DNA from: an uncultured Methanosarcinales archaeon
GTDB lineage: Archaea; Nanobdellota; Nanobdellia; Woesearchaeales; DSVV01
Assembly: GCA_964452935.1 (NCBI GenBank)
Contig: CAYVNO010000001.1
Location: forward strand, 25,537 to 89,536
Direction of reading: 5' to 3'
DNA length: 64,000 bases
The position numbers were made by a program, and so were the translations under genes. Shown in pieces: positions 45,576 to 54,055 of the stretch. The notes under the pieces were generated by a model. The model had not been told where the DNA came from. It worked only from the letters and a program-made list of their open reading frames with translations, and did no database searches. Numbering within the stretch: position 1 is the first letter of the stretch; each line of letters opens with the position of its first letter.

Positions 45576-46676
45576 ATGGCAGTTACTAGTGCTCAGAAAT
45601 TTAAGATGAAGAAGTTTATCAAAGAGTTGTCTAAACATAGGGGTAGACATACTGAGTTAGTTAGTGTTTATGTTCCTGCAGGGTACGAGATTACTAAGAT
45701 TATTAATCATTTATCTCAGGAGCAAGGGACAGCAACTAATATTAAATCTACTGCTACTAGGAAAAATGTTATTGATGCTCTTGAAAGAATGATACAACAT
45801 TTGAGGTTGTATAAGAAAACGCCTGAGAACGGACTTGTTGCTTTTTCAGGAAATGTGGCTGAGAGAGAGGGACAGAGTGATGTTCAAGTTTGGAGTCTAG
45901 AACCTCCTGTACCAATGAATCAGAGATTATATAGGTGTGATAAACAGTTTATTTTAGATCCTTTAATTGATATTTGTGAGACAAAAGAAGCTTATGGTTT
46001 GATTGTTATGGATAGAAGGGATGCAAATATTGCTTTACTTCGTGGAAAGGCAATTATTCCTTTAGTTAAAACACACTCAGAAGTTCCTGGAAAGTTCCGA
46101 GCTGGAGGTCAGAGTGCTCAACGTTTTGCACGATTAAGAGAAGGTGCTGCAAAAGATCATTATAAAAAGGTTGCAGAGTATGTTAAAGAACAGTTTTTGC
46201 ATATGAAAGATTTGAAAGGTATTCTAGTTGGTGGTCCTGGTCCGACAAAGTATGATTTTGTTGAAGGGAATTATATTACAGATCAGTTAAAGCAGAAAAT
46301 AATTGCAATAAAAGATTTATCATATACAGAAGAGTTTGGTTTGCAGGAATTGTTAGATAAATCTCAGGATGTTTTGGCAGATGAAGAGGTTGCCGATGAG
46401 AAGAAGTTAATGCAAAAGTTTTTTCAGTTTTTATCAACAAAGCCGGGAATGGTTTCTTATGGTGAGAAAGAGGTCAAACATTTTTTAGAGACAGGAACTG
46501 TTGATACTCTTTTGTTATCTGAAGCTTTGGAAGATGAAGAGATTGAAGAGTTTGAAGAAAAGGCAAAAGAGATGGGTAGTGAGGTTAAAATTATTTCTGT
46601 AGAAACAAGAGAAGGTGTTCAGTTAAGAGATATGGGAAAAATAGCAGCAATTCTTAGGTATGATACTAGTCATTAG
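45576..46676 (+). CDS. prf1: Peptide chain release factor aRF1
   Basis: The NIKS motif (TATNIKS) and the GGQ motif (FRAGGQSAQRFARLRE) are present. The start is taken at MAVTSAQ, and the ORF-track N-terminus is probably an over-extension. Confidence 0.85.
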   Translation: MAVTSAQKFKMKKFIKELSKHRGRHTELVSVYVPAGYEITKIINHLSQEQGTATNIKSTATRKNVIDALERMIQHLRLYKKTPENGLVAFSGNVAEREGQSDVQVWSLEPPVPMNQRLYRCDKQFILDPLIDICETKEAYGLIVMDRRDANIALLRGKAIIPLVKTHSEVPGKFRAGGQSAQRFARLREGAAKDHYKKVAEYVKEQFLHMKDLKGILVGGPGPTKYDFVEGNYITDQLKQKIIAIKDLSYTEEFGLQELLDKSQDVLADEEVADEKKLMQKFFQFLSTKPGMVSYGEKEVKHFLETGTVDTLLLSEALEDEEIEEFEEKAKEMGSEVKIISVETREGVQLRDMGKIAAILRYDTSH

Positions 46677-47719
46677 AATAATTTTCCTGGTGATAAAAGT
46701 CTAGATCTTCTTGAGTCACTTAGCTCTCTTTTTGTTCTACCTTGGTCATAGAATGCTTTTACAATTTCTTGTGTTAATCTGTTTCCTATTTGTGGTACTT
46801 CTTCTCTCATATAACCTGCTCTGAATCCTTGAAATGCTGGGAGTTGTTTTATGTCTTCTGTTAATCTGCCATCTTCTCTGTTTGTGATGCAACATTTATG
46901 GGTTCTTTCATAACTTGCTCCATAATAGTCATAGAAAGCGTCTTCAGAAGCTACTTCTATTGCTTCTCGAATTGAGGTTGCTTCATGAACAGTTATTGTG
47001 TTCTGTCCTGCCATACGAATCTCTAGTTCTGATAAAGGACAGATGTTCATTGGGTTTTGAGATAGTCTGAATTGAATTAGTGTGTATAAATTATCTGTGT
47101 TATGTTCATAGATTAGTGTTACCCTTCCTGTTGTTTTGTCGTTTTCTTGTTCAAAAAATCTGTATTTTATTGGATGGATCGATAACCATGATCCAATGTT
47201 TGTTCCGCCATGTTCTGTTCCTACTGGAATTCTTCTTGTGTTTCTTAGGATTTCTTCAGCTGTGTCATTGCTTTGTACTCCCACAATTTGAGTAATAATT
47301 TCATCATGAGGGTGGGTGTGAGTTGGGATTGTTGTAAGAGCAGCATAACCATTTTCTAATCCTGATTGATATTCAACTCTAACTCCTTGTTCATTATATA
47401 CTAAATGGCTGTGGAGAGGTTTATGTCCTTCAATTAGTGTTAGATTCCCTAGTGCAATACCTCTCTCTTTCTTTTCTCTTTCTTGTTCTAATGAGAGAGT
47501 ATGTAAAGCTTTTTGATCTTGTCTGAGAATTGCATCTAGATTTCTTAGGTCAGTAATTGTGTATATGTTTATTTGTGAGGTCATATATGGAGGTAATCTA
47601 AGTGTTTTTATAAATGTTATTCTGGCTGGTTTCTGAAGGATAGACAGTTGCTCCTTGCGGAGCAACCGCTCATAACCTCTTGTGAGTCGTTTATGAGGGT
47701 GATTCGTATTTGCCTTCAA
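46673..47719 (-). CDS. Hypothetical protein (348 aa) of atypical composition
   Basis: No recognised motif was found. The protein is R/T/H-rich. Its 5' region overlaps the repeat element at 47641-47701, so the true start may be the internal MTSQINIY. Confidence 0.3.
   Translation of the reverse strand: MKANTNHPHKRLTRGYERLLRKEQLSILQKPARITFIKTLRLPPYMTSQINIYTITDLRNLDAILRQDQKALHTLSLEQEREKKERGIALGNLTLIEGHKPLHSHLVYNEQGVRVEYQSGLENGYAALTTIPTHTHPHDEIITQIVGVQSNDTAEEILRNTRRIPVGTEHGGTNIGSWLSIHPIKYRFFEQENDKTTGRVTLIYEHNTDNLYTLIQFRLSQNPMNICPLSELEIRMAGQNTITVHEATSIREAIEVASEDAFYDYYGASYERTHKCCITNREDGRLTEDIKQLPAFQGFRAGYMREEVPQIGNRLTQEIVKAFYDQGRTKRELSDSRRSRLLSPGKLF
47641..47701 (+). repeat. Structured repeat element, copy 1: a GC hairpin plus a conserved 30-nt core hairpin
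   Basis: Stem gttgctcc-ttgc-ggagcaac is followed by ctcataacctcttgtgagtcgtttatgagggtg, in which ctcataa and ttatgag are inverted arms. The core matches 48371-48400. Confidence 0.55.
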
Positions 47720-48317
47720 TTGTATTTGTTATGATTTTTGAATCATATTCCTTTATACTATGGCCAATAAGATAGTCTTTCTTTATTTTATTCATTCTTT
47801 TATTTGTCTTTTCATAATTAGAATTTCTAACATAATGGCCAATGGTTGCTCCAATGATTGGTGTTGCTATGGCTGTTCCTCCTACTGCCATTCCTGCAAC
47901 TTTTAATGTTTGATTTGGTTCTATTCCATATTCTAATTCTAAAATAAGTGTCCCAAATATAGTAAGGGTTGTTGCAGCTAGTCCTAACTGTATTCCTAAT
48001 ACATGCATTACAGCGTAGCACATTCCTAAAGTGTCCTCAAATGTTTCACAGAAGCTTGTTTTTGACTTTAATTTGTTTATTTCTTTTTCTAAATTGAGTG
48101 GATCTTCATTCGGTATCTTAAATACATATGTTCCTTGATATTCATTACTTAATCCTTGTGGGAATAGATAAATCTGAGAATCATTTGTGTCTTTTCTGTA
48201 CATTTTTCCGATCTTTTTGTATCCTTCTCCTTTTAATCGCTCTGATAATTCTTTCTTGTGTTCTCTACTCTTTCTAGCTAATGTACAAATTGTTTCAAGT
48301 TGTGGTGTTTCATTCAT
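47691..48317 (-). CDS. Hypothetical protein with a Gly/Ala/Thr-rich hydrophobic C-terminal half (membrane-associated)
   Basis: The 208-aa protein is bracketed by the two repeat-element copies. Confidence 0.35.
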   Translation of the reverse strand: MNETPQLETICTLARKSREHKKELSERLKGEGYKKIGKMYRKDTNDSQIYLFPQGLSNEYQGTYVFKIPNEDPLNLEKEINKLKSKTSFCETFEDTLGMCYAVMHVLGIQLGLAATTLTIFGTLILELEYGIEPNQTLKVAGMAVGGTAIATPIIGATIGHYVRNSNYEKTNKRMNKIKKDYLIGHSIKEYDSKIITNTIEGKYESPS

Positions 48318-48338
48318 TTTATTTACCTGTTAAAGTTA

Positions 48339-48409
48339 CTCCTGCTGCAACTAATGCAGCAAGAGAACTGCTCATAACTCTTGTGAGTCGTTTATGAGTG
48401 TTTTTTTAG
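48339..48409 (+). repeat. Structured repeat element, copy 2: a GC hairpin plus the conserved core, followed by a T7 run
   Basis: Stem tgctgca-actaa-tgcagca is followed by ctcataactcttgtgagtcgtttatgagtg and then ttttttt. Confidence 0.55.
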
Positions 48410-48414
48410 TCATT

Positions 48415-48798
48415 TTATTCAAACGTTACCCTATATGTTTCTCCTTTGTAGGTTCCATTAATTGATAGTCCTGCGATTGATTCATGATCTAATGTTTGTT
48501 CGGGGCTTAGTTGTAGACCTCTAACTTTACTCCATGATTCATTTCTTATTTCTGCACCAAGTAGGATTCCATGTTCAAATTCACGTCTTGTATCACCAAC
48601 TAAGTCAGAATCTTTCCCTTGATATATCATGTCTCTACAATAACAATTTCCTTCATAAAATCCTTCAGCTTTTATCTGTTTTAGAATTCCCCAGATTGTT
48701 TCTAAGTTATCTGCTGTTTTTTGATCTACCTTGAAGAAATTTTCATTTCTTTTCATCTGTTCTTGGACACAATCATACAATGTTGTTTTTTCTTCCAT
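48415..48798 (-). CDS. Hypothetical protein
   Basis: The start is taken at MEEKTTLY. No motif was recognised. Composition is D/E/G/R-rich and atypical for the region. Confidence 0.3.
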   Translation of the reverse strand: MEEKTTLYDCVQEQMKRNENFFKVDQKTADNLETIWGILKQIKAEGFYEGNCYCRDMIYQGKDSDLVGDTRREFEHGILLGAEIRNESWSKVRGLQLSPEQTLDHESIAGLSINGTYKGETYRVTFE

Positions 48799-48799
48799 T

Positions 48800-49138
48800 T
48801 TATATTCCTCTACAGTGTTGTGGATCAATTATTGGTGTTTCTACTCTTTCCATATAATCTCCTTGTCTGTTTTCTGCGTAGACTACGACTGAATCGTCTT
48901 TAAAATCAATTATTTGTGATAATGTTAGTTGTCCACTTAGGTTTCCAAATTTTCCTCTGCCTTCTGCAAGGCATGTGCAGATTCCTTTTTCATTATACAC
49001 AGGATCTTCCATGCTACAAGAGATTGTTTGTGGATTAATGTTGACTTTGTCCTCTTGGCTACCACAACATGCAGGTAAGAGTAGTAAAGTTGCAGAATAA
49101 AGTGCAGTTAATGTTTTGACTGTACTCATTTTTATCAC
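48800..49138 (-). CDS. Small secreted lipoprotein, hypothetical
   Basis: LLLLPACCG is lipobox-like, preceded by a hydrophobic signal segment. There are several Cys in the mature part. Confidence 0.4.
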   Translation of the reverse strand: MIKMSTVKTLTALYSATLLLLPACCGSQEDKVNINPQTISCSMEDPVYNEKGICTCLAEGRGKFGNLSGQLTLSQIIDFKDDSVVVYAENRQGDYMERVETPIIDPQHCRGI

Positions 49139-49644
49139 TTGTAAACCTTTACTTCAATTCCTTCTTCTCTCACTCTCTTTGTAATATCTTGTTTGATTTC
49201 ATCACCAACATTTTGGTAATCAACTTTAACTCCTCTTTCTAAGTCAAGATCATCTCTATCTTTCTCATCTCCTTCAGGCATTGAGAAATATAACTTGACT
49301 TCAAATGGGTGCCCAAGTGAATCGTGTTTTGTGTTTCTAACAGTTGATTTAATGTAGTTCATGATTTTATCAAGTCCTTTTGGATCTTCTTGGTTTGGTG
49401 CAAAGAAATCTGGTTCTCTAACTTCATCTCCTGCATTCATAATTTCTAGATATGTTTCTACTACATTATCTCCTTTTTTATGTATTCTTTCATACACACA
49501 AAGAATCTCTTTTGCTGTTTTTGTAGGTGTGTCATCTGCAACATACTCTGCTTGTTCTAACTCATATTCTGGTGATTCTTCACGAAGGCTATCTGCTCCT
49601 TCTTCATCACCGTCTAACAATCTTTCAAATAATGTTTTACCCAT
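49135..49644 (-). CDS. Acidic hypothetical protein
   Basis: The protein is D/E-rich. It overlaps the downstream lipoprotein gene by 4 nt, indicating an operon. Confidence 0.3.
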   Translation of the reverse strand: MGKTLFERLLDGDEEGADSLREESPEYELEQAEYVADDTPTKTAKEILCVYERIHKKGDNVVETYLEIMNAGDEVREPDFFAPNQEDPKGLDKIMNYIKSTVRNTKHDSLGHPFEVKLYFSMPEGDEKDRDDLDLERGVKVDYQNVGDEIKQDITKRVREEGIEVKVYK

Positions 49645-49699
49645 ATTTATCGCCTCACAATAGTTATTACCCTTTAGTGAACCTAGGATAGATTAATAT

Positions 49700-49756
49700 C
49701 TTTCTGATATTATTGATATCAGTGATATCAAAAATCGAAAGCTTTTTATATATAAA
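49700..49756 (+). promoter_or_regulatory. Promoter/operator region of the AbrB-like regulator, with a palindrome plus tgatatc direct repeats and then a TATA box
   Basis: The sequence ctgatat-tattg-atatcag is followed by tgatatcagtgatatc. The TATA box ctttttatatataaag lies ~20-30 nt upstream of the coding start. Confidence 0.35.
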
Positions 49757-49771
49757 GTGATTACTTTCTGT

Positions 49772-50686
49772 ATGAAACGGAAACTAATCAAACAGGGTGG
49801 TGGTGGGGTCACATTCTATGTGCCAAAGAAATGGGTTGATAAACAAGGCTTGAAACCTGGTGATGAGATTGATGTAATTGAGGAAGATGATAAATTAATT
49901 GTTCTAAATGAAGCGATGACTCAGAATAAGACTGTTGAGATTGATATTAAGGGTATGGATCATACAGCTCTTTTGAAAACAGTTATCTCTTATTATGAGA
50001 TGGGTTATTCTGAGATTACTATTATTTCAGATAATGGAATGGTTTATATTCCAACTTTATTAAAAGAAAAGAAGATAACAGTAAAAGAAGAGGTTGAAAG
50101 ATTAGTAAATAGGCTTATTGGTTTTGAGTTGATTAGTTTTGAGTCAAATAAATATGTTTTGAAAGATATTGCTATGACTTCTCCTACTGAGTTTGATAAT
50201 GTTCTAAGGAGAATCTTTTATTTATTATTAGAATTTCAAAATTATGTAAAAGAGACAGTTGATAATAAGAATAAAGTCAAAGATTATAATGAACATCATG
50301 ATAGTATTGCTAAGTTTATTAGTTTTTGTATTAGGTTATTGAATTTAAGTATGGATAAAACTAATGTTGAGAAGAATAATTTACATACAATACTAACATT
50401 GTTGGATAAGTATACTGATGCGTTAAGATGGCTATTATACGATTACACTGCTAGTGGAATAAAAGATAAAAAATCAATCTTTGCTATAATGGATCATTTT
50501 AGAATGTATTATAATTTATTTTATAATTATGATATAAAATTAATAAATGAGTTAGATAGAGAAAGAATTAAGTTAAGAAAAACATTGAAATCAGATGAAG
50601 CAGTTATTCACTTTTCTTCTGTTTTAGAATATATCATGGCAATGATTAGACCAACTATTTGTTTAGTTGAGAGTTCCAAGTCTTAA
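49772..50686 (+). CDS. Transcriptional regulator with an N-terminal AbrB/SpoVT swapped-hairpin domain and a PhoU-like helical C-domain
   Basis: MKRKLIKQGGGGVTFYVPKKWVDKQGLKPGDEIDVIEEDDKLIVL is a typical AbrB/MazE-type domain. The C-terminal ~220 aa are helical and PhoU-like. Confidence 0.5.
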   Translation: MKRKLIKQGGGGVTFYVPKKWVDKQGLKPGDEIDVIEEDDKLIVLNEAMTQNKTVEIDIKGMDHTALLKTVISYYEMGYSEITIISDNGMVYIPTLLKEKKITVKEEVERLVNRLIGFELISFESNKYVLKDIAMTSPTEFDNVLRRIFYLLLEFQNYVKETVDNKNKVKDYNEHHDSIAKFISFCIRLLNLSMDKTNVEKNNLHTILTLLDKYTDALRWLLYDYTASGIKDKKSIFAIMDHFRMYYNLFYNYDIKLINELDRERIKLRKTLKSDEAVIHFSSVLEYIMAMIRPTICLVESSKS

Positions 50687-52852
50687 TCCTCTGTCAACTC
50701 TATGTTTTAGTGTATATATTTGTTGTAACATTCTATCCATTTGTGTTGGGTTTTCTAGATTTCTTCTGTGCATAACTGAAACGTATTTTGTTGATGCATT
50801 AACCATTCCTGAATCTGCCCATTGAAACATTTCTCTGTGTTTTTCTCTGTCTGTTCTGAAATTGTTATCATGTTCTGATCTCATTGAAACATATACATCG
50901 ACATATTTTCTAACTTGGTCTTTTGTTAGGTTGAAATCTGATTCAGATAGGAACCATGTTACTTCTTCTATCTCTTTCCCCCATGAAATTAATCCATAAT
51001 CAACAATATTTCCTTTAACAATATTTCCTTTTTCTCCTGTTCTTATTGATCCTGGTTTCCAATCTCCGTGTATAATACTTAATCTTCCTTCGATTGCATA
51101 TTGTTGGAATGTTTCATTTGCTCTTTCTATATCTCCGACAAGATATGAACCGATTTCTGATTTAATTACACTATGCACTTTACTTGATGAACTTGTTGGT
51201 ATAACAACTGCTTCATAATGTGGTGTGTCTCCTCTGAGATGTCTAGATGTTCCTAAAACTGTTTCTTTATCTTTTAGTGCTGCTTTTGTTGCGTTTTTAT
51301 GGAATAAGCCCATTAAAAATAGGTTGTGTTTTATGTACCTGTCAATATTAAATGTTCCGTTGGGATTGAATGGGATATAACCTGTTTTTGCATATCCTGA
51401 TGTTTGGTTTGCTACATTGCTAAGTACAAGTAATGAGCTGTTATTTAGTTCTATTAATTCTTTTAATGATGGCATAAACTCTTCAAATTCTCCAAGATCC
51501 CATTTGTAGGCTGTTTGTGCTTCTAGTTTGTTTAATTCAATTGCTGCTTGTTTTGCGACGAGTTCCGGAGATGATAAAACAAGTCCTGAGTTGTTTCCTG
51601 TTGCTATTGGGAAATATGTATCCATCTCAACAATTGCGTCAATGTGTCCTTCTTCTGTTTCTGGGAATATTTCACTTATTCTTCTACGAGCAGATTCTAG
51701 TATTGCTGTTTTGTTTGCTCTTCTAACAACAGGTTCCATATTGCTTAAGATTGGTTTGTAATTGAACTCTTCTCTTTTCATCATTTCAAATTCAGAGTTC
51801 ATTAACTGGTCTATGAACCAGCCATAATATACTAATCTCATAAACTCTTTATTTGATTCATCTGTTCTTCTTGATTCTTCTCCAACATCTTCATCTCCCT
51901 CTTTTATTGCTGCAAATATGTCTTTTCCTAATTCAATTAGTTCATAGTCAGTTAGATCATGTTCTTTTAATAGTCTTAGGATTAATGGAGAATTTTCAGT
52001 TGCGTTTTGAACATCTTCTATTTCAAAAGGTAGGTCTCTTGGCATGTCTTCTGGCTCAATGTATGCTTCTCCATATCCTCTGTCGAAGTCAAATTGGTTT
52101 AGGTGGTCTGCTGTTAATTTTTCTTTAATTTCTTTAGCAATTCTTTCATATGCACCTTGGAATAATGTATCGTGAAGTCTCAATAATCTTGCTGGCATTC
52201 CTTGGTATGCTTCTCCATATACTTTGTGATCTTCTTTTCCTGTTTCTAGATAGTCAACAACTCTATTTACTAGTTTTACTCTGTCATTATTTCTTTCTAT
52301 TGTTCCTCCTTCTATACCTTGTTCTACTGCATTTCTTATTTCAGATAATTCTCTTTCCATAATTATGTCAAAACATTTTCTTCCTATGCTGTCAGATTTA
52401 TTACAGTCTTTATGTCTTGGGTCGTTGCTTAATAAAGGGTATGTCCATATACTTTCAGTACAGAAGGGATCTATTCTCATGCTTATTGCATCAATTGTTC
52501 TTATTAGTCTTCCACAGATGGTTTCTAGATCTTTTTCTGTTTCTCCTGTTAGTTGTTCAGCTAAAGGAGTACATCCACAATCTGTTGAATCATATTCGGA
52601 ATAATTTCTTGGGTGGTTGTGGTAATCTGCTCCTCCTTTATTTTTAATTCCAAATAATTCTAATCCATATAACTCACATATTTTATCATATTCAAATGCT
52701 ATTCTGTCGGCTATCTGAGTTTGTTGGTTTGCATCAGGTTCTGAGAAGATTCCGTGTCTATGTAAATGATCCTGTCTAAAATAATTAGTAATTCTATCTC
52801 CTAAGTCATCCATTAAATCTACTAATTCTTCTGCGCTTGGTTGATTACTCAT
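50663..52852 (-). CDS. Large (729 aa) protein with a C-terminal aminoglycoside-phosphotransferase/protein-kinase-like (APH) domain
   Basis: LSIIHGDWKPGSI is the Brenner-type HGDxxxxN catalytic loop, and IVDYG is a DFG-equivalent. The N-terminal ~450 aa are unassigned, acidic and Cys-containing. Confidence 0.5.
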   Translation of the reverse strand: MSNQPSAEELVDLMDDLGDRITNYFRQDHLHRHGIFSEPDANQQTQIADRIAFEYDKICELYGLELFGIKNKGGADYHNHPRNYSEYDSTDCGCTPLAEQLTGETEKDLETICGRLIRTIDAISMRIDPFCTESIWTYPLLSNDPRHKDCNKSDSIGRKCFDIIMERELSEIRNAVEQGIEGGTIERNNDRVKLVNRVVDYLETGKEDHKVYGEAYQGMPARLLRLHDTLFQGAYERIAKEIKEKLTADHLNQFDFDRGYGEAYIEPEDMPRDLPFEIEDVQNATENSPLILRLLKEHDLTDYELIELGKDIFAAIKEGDEDVGEESRRTDESNKEFMRLVYYGWFIDQLMNSEFEMMKREEFNYKPILSNMEPVVRRANKTAILESARRRISEIFPETEEGHIDAIVEMDTYFPIATGNNSGLVLSSPELVAKQAAIELNKLEAQTAYKWDLGEFEEFMPSLKELIELNNSSLLVLSNVANQTSGYAKTGYIPFNPNGTFNIDRYIKHNLFLMGLFHKNATKAALKDKETVLGTSRHLRGDTPHYEAVVIPTSSSSKVHSVIKSEIGSYLVGDIERANETFQQYAIEGRLSIIHGDWKPGSIRTGEKGNIVKGNIVDYGLISWGKEIEEVTWFLSESDFNLTKDQVRKYVDVYVSMRSEHDNNFRTDREKHREMFQWADSGMVNASTKYVSVMHRRNLENPTQMDRMLQQIYTLKHRVDRGLRLGTLN

Positions 52853-52986
52853 TCTTTTTCCTCGAATAGTTTTTTTAATGCAAACTCAATTGCGTGTGAT
52901 TTGTTTCTGAAAACACCGGAACGCATGCTATCTTGAATCTTTACAACAATTTCTTCGTCCACTGTTATGCTTAGTTTGTGTTTCAT
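52849..52986 (-). CDS. Ribbon-helix-helix (CopG/Arc-like) small DNA-binding protein, 45 aa
   Basis: This ORF was not in the track. MKHKLSITVDEEIVVKIQDSMRSGVFRNKSHAIEFALKKLFEEKE has a beta-strand followed by two helices. It overlaps both neighbours by ATGA. It is a paralog of the ORF at 55318-55455. Confidence 0.6.
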   Translation of the reverse strand: MKHKLSITVDEEIVVKIQDSMRSGVFRNKSHAIEFALKKLFEEKE

Positions 52987-53909
52987 CTTGGTTGATTCTC
53001 CCTGTAATTATCTCTTTCAGCTCTTGCTTTCATTTGTGGTGTTTGTAATTGTATTTCTAGATTGGAATAATCTTCTGAGGATTTTTTAATTATTATGCCT
53101 TGGAATCCATTCGGTTTTGGGAATGTTATTAAGTCACGTACATCATCAACAGAATAATCATAAATACATCTCATTAAGTATAAACAATGTCCTGCTGTTT
53201 CGGCAGTTATTCTTATACCATTTATATCTCCAATATCATTTACACTTCTCAATGAAGGATTTCTTTGAATCCATGCATAAACACTTTCTGGTGTTTTTAC
53301 TCTAGTTTCTATATCTATTACTTTGTCTCTTTTATGCCTCTCTTTTAAGAATTGCCTCCATTTCTCAAGCTCTTCTGGATCAAGACTATTCTCTTCTATA
53401 TGTTTGAGAATTTCTTCATATAATTTTGGGTCTTGTTCTATAATTTCTTTTCTTGTGAGATATCTTTTCGGCTTAAACTCTTGGAATCCTAATTGTTCTA
53501 CTGTTTCTTCTAGTTCTGGCATTTCTTCGCCAATAAAAAATGCTCTTCTATTATTTAGGTAGTGAGGAATATATAGTTCTAGGTCGTGCTGTTGTGTACC
53601 TGTAAATCGTGGTCTTCCTTCTTCAAAATCAACATAGTAGAACATTGTTCTATTGTCTTCTCCTTGTTCTACTATGTATCCCACTCCAGTATGATTAACC
53701 TTTTTTACACGGTACATTGTTAGGTGATGTCCTACTGTACCAATGTTTAGTGCGACAACTTTTCCTTGTAATGAAGATTGAATTCCTTCATATTTTTCTA
53801 CTCTTCTAAATCCTAGTTCATGGAGGGCTCTACGACTGTTTCTAATTCTTTGTTTAACACTGTCACTCATTGCTCTTCTCATTATTTTATTGTGTAGTGG
53901 TTCTGTCAT
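52983..53909 (-). CDS. RelA/SpoT-like (RSH synthetase-fold) nucleotidyltransferase, small-alarmone-synthetase-like
   Basis: C-terminal SVNDIGDINGIRITAETAGHCLYLMRCIYDY...DLITFPKPNGFQGIIIKK...LEIQLQTPQM aligns with the RelP/RelQ synthetase core (D..G.R....; PK.NGYQSLH; VEIQIRT). Consensus Y (to F) and R (to Q) positions are substituted. Confidence 0.6.
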   Translation of the reverse strand: MTEPLHNKIMRRAMSDSVKQRIRNSRRALHELGFRRVEKYEGIQSSLQGKVVALNIGTVGHHLTMYRVKKVNHTGVGYIVEQGEDNRTMFYYVDFEEGRPRFTGTQQHDLELYIPHYLNNRRAFFIGEEMPELEETVEQLGFQEFKPKRYLTRKEIIEQDPKLYEEILKHIEENSLDPEELEKWRQFLKERHKRDKVIDIETRVKTPESVYAWIQRNPSLRSVNDIGDINGIRITAETAGHCLYLMRCIYDYSVDDVRDLITFPKPNGFQGIIIKKSSEDYSNLEIQLQTPQMKARAERDNYRENQPR

Positions 53910-53984
53910 TTATCCTATTCTATACTACTCATATATAAATGTTTCTATTTGTTACTATTGATTGGTAGTTATATTGTTCTTTAT

Positions 53985-54022
53985 TACCCTTTACATTTGA
54001 AAAATCTGATTGTAAAGGGTAA
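53985..54022 (+). repeat. Palindromic 38-bp element upstream of the Fic gene
   Basis: The sequence is taccctttaca-tttgaaaaatctgat-tgtaaagggtaa. Confidence 0.6.
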
Positions 54023-54055
54023 GTTTTATATATGAGTTAGGGCTATCAATTCATT

